From positions 1 through 58,240 of IMG/VR virus record IMGVR_UViG_3300005326_000051: a DNA stretch of 58,240 bases. The stretch is one strand, 5' to 3'. Origin of the DNA: a virus (taxonomy: Duplodnaviria > Caudoviricetes). Shown one piece after another: positions 38,977-46,189 of this stretch. Each line of letters opens with the position of its first letter. The stretch's first letter is position 1. Below the pieces are notes generated by a model. It worked only from the letters and a program-made list of their open reading frames with translations. It ran no database searches and was not told where the DNA came from. A program made the translations under genes and the position numbers.

Positions 38977-39150
38977 ATTTCACTTACACTTCATCCAAGC
39001 AGTGCTGGTTGTTCCACTTAACTGGTACTCGCAATATCCCGCCTTCGCCATGTTGTCTATGTGGCCACAAGCAATCAGTACAATTAACACTACTGCTACT
39101 GCAAATACAGTAAACGCGATTAACCAACCTAAAGCTTCTTCAAACATTTT

Positions 39151-39546
39151 CTACTCCTCCAAAAACTGTTTAATTTCCTCTTCCGTCTTCCCGTCCTGTC
39201 GCATAAGCTCGACAATCCGGGCAGTCTCCATGCCAGACTCGGGCGCGGGGATGAGCTTCCCCGACTCCGAGTCTTTCACCCACATTTCTGCTCCATCAAT
39301 TTTCCTGTCAAATATGCGAAGGAAGTGGGAGCAGAGCTCGGTGTCGTAGTAAACCTGAATCCCAACATTCCCTGCAAACTGCTCAGGCATCTTCCGCTTG
39401 TAGTTAAAGGCCGTGACACGCATAGACTCCGCGTGGCCTTTATCCCTTGCTTTGAGGAATGTTTCGCCTCCCTCGTTGGCAATCTTTTCAATTACTTCTC
39501 TGATTTGCATTAGTGCTCCCTTTATACTCTTTCGGATGCTCCGCAT
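39151..39546 (-). CDS. hypothetical protein, paralog family with LMxxDGK tail
   Basis: C-terminus RIVELMRQDGKTEEEIKQFLEE. Confidence 0.6.
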   Translation of the reverse strand: MRSIRKSIKGALMQIREVIEKIANEGGETFLKARDKGHAESMRVTAFNYKRKMPEQFAGNVGIQVYYDTELCSHFLRIFDRKIDGAEMWVKDSESGKLIPAPESGMETARIVELMRQDGKTEEEIKQFLEE

Positions 39547-39714
39547 TTAGTGCAGCCAAGTTGAATTTTTGCTCCAAAATCTACTACTGCCATTTCTACA
39601 AAATCTTTCTTTCCATAGTTACTGCACTGAATTTGAAAGGTTCTTGGTTTTATATAGTGAGCTCCTTTTTCTTTCCAGGTATTGCTTTCCTTACCCATTT
39701 TTCCTTTCCTCCAT

Positions 39715-40182
39715 TTATCTATTATAGCCATCAATCAACTCTTCCAGAACAATAAGTTTTGGAAGATGTATATCGTTGCTACTGAACTTTTCTTGTAGTT
39801 TGTAAAAGTCGCACTCCATATGCCCAACAAGTGCATACTTCACTTTATCACCACGATACTCAAGGACTCCTTTACATGCAGCAAGCATAGACTTACCACT
39901 ATTTATAAAATCATCAACAAAACAATAAATCTCCTTTGCCTTGAGATGGGGAAATCCAGCACATATGGAAGAATGGGAGTGTTTGCTTTCATCTTCTTTC
40001 CTGATGTAAAGATGGTGAAGTTCTTTTTCAGAAACCATCATCAAAGCAGTGGCAAAAGCACAACCACTACTGCCCCTTGAAACCAAACATGTCACATCTT
40101 CCGGAATAAGAGGAGCTGCCGCATGAGCCATTTCCTTCAAGCTTTTTTGGTTGTACAAAGTGGTACAATATTCCATTTGCAT
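39715..40182 (-). CDS. type I phosphoribosyltransferase-like protein
   Basis: VSRGSSG, YIRKEDESKH, PRPP-binding loop FVDDFINSGKS. Confidence 0.8.
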   Translation of the reverse strand: MQMEYCTTLYNQKSLKEMAHAAAPLIPEDVTCLVSRGSSGCAFATALMMVSEKELHHLYIRKEDESKHSHSSICAGFPHLKAKEIYCFVDDFINSGKSMLAACKGVLEYRGDKVKYALVGHMECDFYKLQEKFSSNDIHLPKLIVLEELIDGYNR

Positions 40183-40956
40183 ATACCTTCCTCCTTTCTC
40201 GCTATTTTCAGTCCTTAATTTATTGATAGCCGAGTCTGCTTCGCAGCAGTCTCACAGGACTTTTTACAGCTTAATGTCCTCAAACTCCTTGTAATCAAGG
40301 CTGGACAATTCAGCTTTAAGCTCCTCATTATCTTTGAGTAGGTCTTGTATCTTTGCATTGTTGTCTGAGATAGCACGAATTACTTTTTTTACTTGAGCTT
40401 TAAACTGCCTGTCCTTTTCTTCACGGAGTTCCTGATTTGACTCCTCTATAGCTTCTTTTAACATTTCCTGTAAATTCATTTTACTTTCCTCCTGTGAATG
40501 TTTTGGTTAACTCTTTAGCGATTTCTGCGGTTAATGCTTCCGCTTTTGCCATAAGCTCAGTTGAGAACAGTACTTTGCTTGCGTTATAACCACTGTTAAA
40601 CTCCTGATTTGCTACTTCGACTACGCCAGCTTTAACTACAAACGTACCAGCAATGTTTCGTTCTGTTTCTGTCTGTACAAACTTCCAAGTTTTTAATTCT
40701 ACACTAACTTCCATCGTCTTCCTCCTTTCTTAAAAGTTTTTCAGCACCCTCCGCACTTCCTTGGCTTGTGGATGTCGCCAGTGCGTGATGTTGTTAAGAA
40801 TGTAGAGGCACTGCGTGCGCAGGTCTTCTCCCTTCAACCGCTTTGCTGCAAGGCAGTAGGCTACTGCCCAATTAAGGCTAGTCTTGTAATGCTCCTTGTC
40901 AGAGAGAATTACATCCACTGCATTTTGAACGTCTTGCTCAATGATTACTGTTGGCA

Positions 40957-41162
40957 TTAGCCTTCCCTTTCCTGAAACATCTTGTCAAAACACTGTTCAC
41001 AGAGTCCACTAATCTTGTACTCTTTCCTACCAGCCTCCGAATAACACTTGGGCAGCGCGAGTTCTTTGCATTCTACGCAGATACCTTTTTAAGGGCTTCT
41101 GTCTTAGACAAGCTGTAAATTTCTACTGACAAATCGTCGATAAACTTTTCTAGTACGGTCAA
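40957..41162 (-). pseudogene. frameshifted small Cys-rich (Zn-binding) protein
   Basis: AGGAGG + TTG start gives MTVLEKFIDDLSVEIYSLSKTEALKK. One extra A in the A5 run (41086-41090) would continue into GICVECKELALPKCYSEAGRKEYKISGLCEQCFDKMF. Confidence 0.6.
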
Positions 41163-41724
41163 CTCTCTTACCTCCTTTTTAAATACCTAGTGCTTGGACT
41201 TCCTTAACTATCAGCCAAGCTGCGATTGTTGCGGACACTGCTCCGATTACAAAGCCCCAGAACGCGGCTTCAATTACTGTTGTGCTGGTGTATTTTTTCA
41301 TTTTGGTCTTTCCTCCTTTAATCCCATATTGCGCAGACGTGCAGGCTACCATCAGCTTTCCTGCCGATAGCAACATGCTGGCCTTCGTGGCCTTTCTGTC
41401 TGTTACAGATAAAAAGTGGGTGAGGGCCTTCAGCAAATATGCCGCAAATGTTTTCCTCTTCCTTGTACAGCGCAGTCAGTTCTTTGCCGTTAAATCTTGG
41501 GTCAGTTCCTTTTACCATCTCAAACATTGTTCTTTCCTCCTTTAAGTTTATTTTTTACTCCCTCGCCAGTATTTCTACCTGGGAGTCTATCCTGTTTGCC
41601 GGATGCTTTCACCCTCCGGCGGGGTATGGTTAGTGTCGTACTTTAGGCAGCTTTGTGTAGCTGGTTTGCCGCATAAGATTACCTCCCTTCACTCTCCTTC
41701 CGTTGGTTTTCTGGTTTTTCTCTT

Positions 41725-41753
41725 ATCATACACCATTGCGTGGCAGTTGTCAA
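41725..41753 (-). promoter_or_regulatory. sigma70-type early promoter
   Basis: TTGACA-17 nt-TATGAT. Confidence 0.85.
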
Positions 41754-41807
41754 TGAGTTTATGAAAGTGTGTAAAAGTTTATGAAAGTATGTAATTTTTG
41801 TAATTAC

Positions 41808-42215
41808 TTACACTTCACTCAGGTACTCCAAAATCTCTTCCTCTGTTTTACCATCTTTATACATAAGCTCAATAAGTCTTTTCTGCTCTTTAGAATATTT
41901 TGCACTGTAGCAAAGTCCAGTCGTCGGAGACAGAATATTCTTGTGCTTGTTTGCTGAGTTTTCTTTTTGTGAGACTAGTCTAAGATTCTCTCTTGTATTG
42001 TTCTGCCTATTCCCATCTATATGGTCTATGACTAGACCTTCGTCAGGATAGCCTGCAACTAAGTGATGCATATAGATCTTTTTACTCCCATAGTTAGTGG
42101 AAACATAACCACTATCTAAGATATGCCAACGTATTTTCCTTAGGGAGAGGAAATCTTCATCTGAGACTAGCACTGGATAACTTTTCTTTCCCTTTTTAGC
42201 GTAAACTATACTCAC
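41808..42215 (-). CDS. HNH endonuclease (HNH_3 type) with LMxxDGK tail
   Basis: YMHHLV...IDHIDGNRQNNTRENLRLVS..EN..N. Confidence 0.85.
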   Translation of the reverse strand: MSIVYAKKGKKSYPVLVSDEDFLSLRKIRWHILDSGYVSTNYGSKKIYMHHLVAGYPDEGLVIDHIDGNRQNNTRENLRLVSQKENSANKHKNILSPTTGLCYSAKYSKEQKRLIELMYKDGKTEEEILEYLSEV

Positions 42216-42221
42216 AGTGCT

Positions 42222-42650
42222 TTACTCCTGTTCTTTCTCTCTTCGCAGCTTTTCAATTTCTTCCTTAATTGAAAACGGGGTTTCGTCGCGGGTGAGCAGT
42301 GTTTCTATAACCAGCTCGTCTGGCAGGCCTTGCTCAAGCATTTCTCTTATCATGGTCTTACTACTTTCCCTCAGTGGGTTCTTATTCTCAATTCCTACAA
42401 GTCTCCCGTCTACTACTTCAAAGACATTATTTTTTGCCTTGGAAATGAATACGAACCAGTCTCCGTCCACCTGCTTCTTTTCTATACAGACTTTCCTTTG
42501 CTCTTCCAGACTCATTGCTCTCCTGGCATTGTAGAGGCTAACACGTTTACTATTACAATCTTTCTCATCATTACACTTTACAGCAAACGTCTTGTCTTCC
42601 TGAATTGCTTTCACCAGGTACTCATCATTCTGAATTACTCCCTTTAACAT
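42222..42650 (-). CDS. hypothetical protein, paralog family
   Basis: Probable start is the ATG at 42650 after AAGGAG. KTFAVKCNDEKDCNSKRVSLYN aligns with ETFLKARDKGHAESMRVTAFN of 39151-39546. Confidence 0.55.
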   Translation of the reverse strand: MLKGVIQNDEYLVKAIQEDKTFAVKCNDEKDCNSKRVSLYNARRAMSLEEQRKVCIEKKQVDGDWFVFISKAKNNVFEVVDGRLVGIENKNPLRESSKTMIREMLEQGLPDELVIETLLTRDETPFSIKEEIEKLRREKEQE

Positions 42651-42739
42651 GGCATACTGCTCCTTTTCTTTTTCATTATTACCAGAACTATACCACGTTT
42701 TTTCAAAGTATTCAAGCTGTTTTGCGTAGTTTGGCAATT

Positions 42740-43300
42740 TATTTAATAGTGTGAATGGTGTAAACACGTTAAATACGTGAAACGTGTTGAGACGCAAATT
42801 GCAAATCGAAAATTGCGTACGGCTTCCACCCATTTCTATTTACACTCTTTACACTCTTTACACTCTTTTAAGCGTTTCTATTTCTTTTCTCAGCTTTCCT
42901 TCTCTCAGTGTTTTGCTAAGTGTTTTTCTTTTTCTTTATCTTTTCTATTCATTACTATTATTTTATATTAATAATATTATTATAAGTATAAAAGAACAAA
43001 GACAAGACAGAGAAAGACTGAACAAAACACTGACAAAGACAGAACTAAGAAGACAAGAAACACTGGGACAAAGGCATCTAAGATAGTCAGAAAATATGGG
43101 CAAAAATGGGGACGCCTATTCAAATTTGCGATTTGCGATTTGCGACGATGATTCTTTACACTATTTACATTATTTAATCCGTTTAAATGGTCATTTTTTG
43201 ACCTTTCTTAATTAATTTTAAATCAGGTTTAAAAAGCTTCAGCTTTTTGATTTTTCGTGCTTTCTGCAATACCCCAGACTTTTGGTTAATCTGCTTTAAA
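42740..43300. other. candidate replication origin
   Basis: Non-coding. Near A/T-only core at ~42950-42990, pyrimidine-to-purine switch, tandem TTTACACTC x3 and TTTGCGA x3. Confidence 0.5.
43189..43208. repeat. dispersed palindromic site 9/11 (GGTCA-TTTTT-TGACCTTTCT)
   Basis: Read directly. In the candidate origin. Confidence 0.9.
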
Positions 43301-43308
43301 TCCCAAAA

Positions 43309-43800
43309 CTACTGCGCTTTTTTCTTCAGGCTTTTGGCTGCTTCCTGAATGAACTCGTTCAGCTTGGCCTGATCAGCTTCCGTGAACAATTCAGGCGTCA
43401 AGGCCTGTTTCATCATAAGGCTGGTCATGCTGACGACTTCGGAGTTCATCTTTTCCTTAATCGTAGCCAACAGCTTTTTATTCTCCGCCGCACCAGTCGC
43501 GTTTGTCCGCTCACCAGTCCACTTTCCAGCCAGCAACTCTGCCCATTTTTCCTTCGCTGCTTTGACCTTCCCATTCAGGTCGCCCTTTTCGCTCGCGCCC
43601 GTGTCCATCAGCTTTTGCTTCACAGCAAATATTACGAGCTGCTGCTGAACATCGGACAGGTCTTTCAGGTTCGGAAAAAGTTCCGGCAGGCTGAAGTCAG
43701 CCTGTGCAACGGCCTCTTTGTTTGTTTCTGTGATTTGATTTGCCATTGTCAGCTTGAAGGTCTCTTTTTCCAACATCCACTTCACAATTCTTTTTGCCAT
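43309..43800 (-). CDS. first gene of the - arm; hypothetical, paralog of 28586-29005
   Basis: FAVKQKLMDTGA...WAELLAGKW motif. Probable start is the ATG at 43800. Confidence 0.65.
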   Translation of the reverse strand: MAKRIVKWMLEKETFKLTMANQITETNKEAVAQADFSLPELFPNLKDLSDVQQQLVIFAVKQKLMDTGASEKGDLNGKVKAAKEKWAELLAGKWTGERTNATGAAENKKLLATIKEKMNSEVVSMTSLMMKQALTPELFTEADQAKLNEFIQEAAKSLKKKAQ

Positions 43801-43989
43801 AATACTCACCAACTTTCTGGAGGTCATAACCTCCGGTTTGTAAAAGTCTGCGGTATTACGGAAGGCACGAAAAAATTTACCACTCAATTTTGCAATATTC
43901 AGTTGTCAATGTACATGTTCAGGGTTTGAACCCTGCCCCGTAATGCGGGGTTTGTTTAATGACTGTGTTCGTCATTCACCAGTATTCAA

Positions 43990-44005
43990 TGCAGGCTTCG
44001 TGCCA
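43990..44005 (-). promoter_or_regulatory. sigma54 (-24/-12) promoter candidate
   Basis: TGGCACG-AAGC-CTGCA, exact GG-N10-GC spacing. Confidence 0.6.
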
Positions 44006-44049
44006 AAAACTGACGCAAGCTAACCCCCCGGATTTGTTCAGGTTTTTTC

Positions 44050-44065
44050 TGGCATGAACATTGCT
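44050..44065 (+). promoter_or_regulatory. sigma54 (-24/-12) promoter candidate
   Basis: TGGCATG-AACA-TTGCT. Confidence 0.6.
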
Positions 44066-44068
44066 GCT

Positions 44069-44175
44069 TCGACAAAAATGTCGGGGTGTAAACAATGTTT
44101 ACTGGCAAAAGCTGAATGAAATCGCGGGTTTACCCGCTTCGACAAATGTGTCGAGCACTCGACAAAAATGTCGAG
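44069..44175. promoter_or_regulatory. three TCGACA-N4-TGTCG(A) palindromes (operator/enhancer candidates)
   Basis: Copies at 44069-44083, 44139-44154 and 44158-44175. Confidence 0.7.
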
Positions 44176-44222
44176 ATGGAACGTGGATAAACATCTGGCC
44201 CATCGGGATATTATCATCCTGC

Positions 44223-44238
44223 TGGCATGGTTTATGCT
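44223..44238 (+). promoter_or_regulatory. sigma54 (-24/-12) promoter candidate
   Basis: TGGCATG-GTTT-ATGCT. Confidence 0.5.
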
Positions 44239-44516
44239 TCGGACAGTTTCCGGCATTACCGCACCAGCGTCATCAAACCACCACTGTTGCCATATTGACG
44301 CTGGCTCTGCCCTCAGTCAAACCTTTGACGACTGCCAGTCATTGCCTGACCACTGGTCAGCCCAACATGAAAATCTTTGGGATGGGGAGGTACCTGGGCC
44401 ATAGATACTACCGGCGACCGTGAAGAAGGCCCCATTTTCCCCAAGAGAGAATTTTCCAAAAGTTCCACTGAGAAGAAGTGTAGTAATAAAAAGTTTGTGT
44501 AGACAAAAAATATTTG

Positions 44517-44545
44517 TTGACAACTATCGAAAAATGTGTTATGGT
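44517..44545 (+). promoter_or_regulatory. sigma70-type promoter for the packaging/structural arm
   Basis: TTGACA-17 nt-TATGGT with extended -10 TG. Upstream of GGAGG + ATG 44582. Confidence 0.75.
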
Positions 44546-44838
44546 ACGGGCTAGAAGATAGAAGAGTACCGACGGAGGCAGATGAAAAGCGACGCAGAGT
44601 TAAGTAAGCAGGAAGCGGAGGAAAGGTTATTACTGGCACTAAGTAATGGTGCGGGTAATTCTTCCCCGACCCCAGATTTACCAGCTATGTTGCTGGTGGA
44701 CTACCGAAAGCTTGAGGCCCGGTATGTCTGTACTGCGGGGGATAAGGATTTCATCTGTTCGCTACCTGGAGCTGGAAGCAACTGCGCATTCCGAGATGAG
44801 ACTGGTACGTGTCATAATACTGAGAGGCTTGGGCTATA

Positions 44839-45363
44839 ATGGGTGGACAAGGAAGTGGAAGAGTACCAATCCCCGTTGACCTCGCTGCCGCGTTGGACTT
44901 AATTGATCGCGGGGAGAAGGTTCCGGCAATTGCTGAAGAACTTGGTATCAGTGCTCCAACACTTCGTACTCGGATTGCGGAGATGCAGAAGAAGCAGGGA
45001 TTGCTCCTTCAGTACCGCGCAATTCAGTCCCTCCAACTTACCGCTCTCCAGGCACGAATTCTGGAAGCAATCACACCTGAAAAAATTAATGAAGCCCCGT
45101 TGCGAGACCTGATCGCGGGGTTCAAGATACTCAAGGATAAAGAACTGAACATTGAAGGAAAACCAAGTGAGATCAAGGGCCTGGTTGCTCATCTCATCTA
45201 CCTTGAAAAGCAAGAGTCTGCCTTGAAGAACGGGGAGCCACTCCCGGCGGACTTTGAAGACGCGGAGTTTGATGACAGCCGGAACGAGGGCATGCCTGAG
45301 GAAGATGACTGCCCTCCTGGTAAAGCAAACTCAATTTCCGAATTAGACAAGCAGGAACTATAA
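44839..45363 (+). CDS. terminase small subunit candidate (HTH)
   Basis: MGGQGSGR N-terminus, HTH VPAIAEELGISAPTLRTRI, acidic tail. Upstream of TerL. Confidence 0.6.
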   Translation: MGGQGSGRVPIPVDLAAALDLIDRGEKVPAIAEELGISAPTLRTRIAEMQKKQGLLLQYRAIQSLQLTALQARILEAITPEKINEAPLRDLIAGFKILKDKELNIEGKPSEIKGLVAHLIYLEKQESALKNGEPLPADFEDAEFDDSRNEGMPEEDDCPPGKANSISELDKQEL

Positions 45364-45366
45364 GCA

Positions 45367-45792
45367 ATGGCAGAAATTTCTACTGGAATGGATTTTGCGG
45401 ATACGCCTGTACTTACGGAGAAACCGCGTAAGCCCTCCTTCAAGGAATACTATAAAACTGTTCCAGCAGAAAAGAATAACGTAGAAGACTTTGATCTTGA
45501 AGCTGCGTATAATGACTTACCTTACGCTACAATGAAAGAGTTTGCTGAAACGGATAAACATCTTGATCGCGGAGACAAGTACAAGAAACCTAACCACAAG
45601 ACATTTAGCACCGAGTCAATTTATCACTCAAAGGAAACTCCTGGTGGTAAGTGGGAAAAGAAGAATAACAAGTGGATATTTAAGGCTTCAAAACATAATG
45701 TCAAGAATGCTGGCGGAGCAGATGCTTTGAAAAAGTATTTTGCAGAACATGATAAGGACTCTGAACTTGTCCTTCCAGAAGATGATGAGTAA
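45367..45792 (+). CDS. conserved phage protein of unknown function
   Basis: DKYKKPNHKTFSTESIYH...GGKW motif. Confidence 0.55.
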   Translation: MAEISTGMDFADTPVLTEKPRKPSFKEYYKTVPAEKNNVEDFDLEAAYNDLPYATMKEFAETDKHLDRGDKYKKPNHKTFSTESIYHSKETPGGKWEKKNNKWIFKASKHNVKNAGGADALKKYFAEHDKDSELVLPEDDE

Positions 45793-46060
45793 GCCGAAAA
45801 GTCATAAATTGACCTTTCTTGGACGGCGGGGGAAATGCAGGAAATGCAGACGCAACACACACTTGGAGAGACACCACGTTACCTACTCTCCAGTAAAGAT
45901 CGCGCGAATCTGCCGATTCTGCCATAAGAAGATAACGGAAATCAATACGCTGATGTCGCAGAGCACCCGGCCCTTCCATCAGCTTTCAAATAGTGAACGG
46001 GTCTTAATCTGGACTGCGTTCTTGAAGCATAGACCAAAGGCCAGGACTTCTGAAGAGTAA
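45782..46060 (+). CDS. HNH-like Zn-binding protein next to terminase
   Basis: CRKC...LERHH..Y...ICRFCH. Confidence 0.65.
   Translation: MMSKPKSHKLTFLGRRGKCRKCRRNTHLERHHVTYSPVKIARICRFCHKKITEINTLMSQSTRPFHQLSNSERVLIWTAFLKHRPKARTSEE
45800..45819. repeat. dispersed palindromic site 10/11 (AGTCA-TAAAT-TGACCTTTCT)
   Basis: Read directly. Confidence 0.85.
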
Positions 46061-46189
46061 ATTCGAGCACTGTCTTCTGCGGGGCTGACATCTCGAGACC
46101 ATCACACTTCGGAAGCCCTGGCCAACCTCGCGGGTGATGGGTTCCAAAGCCCCGCAGTAGGCCAGTAAACCAGTATAGCAAAGGGAAGT

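Noticed and set aside
46098-46166. HDV-like (theta) ribozyme suggested by CCTCGC and a possible CTGGCC/GGCCAG pairing
   Set aside because: P3/L3 length and the P4 and catalytic-C junction do not fit. A simple long hairpin explains the sequence better.
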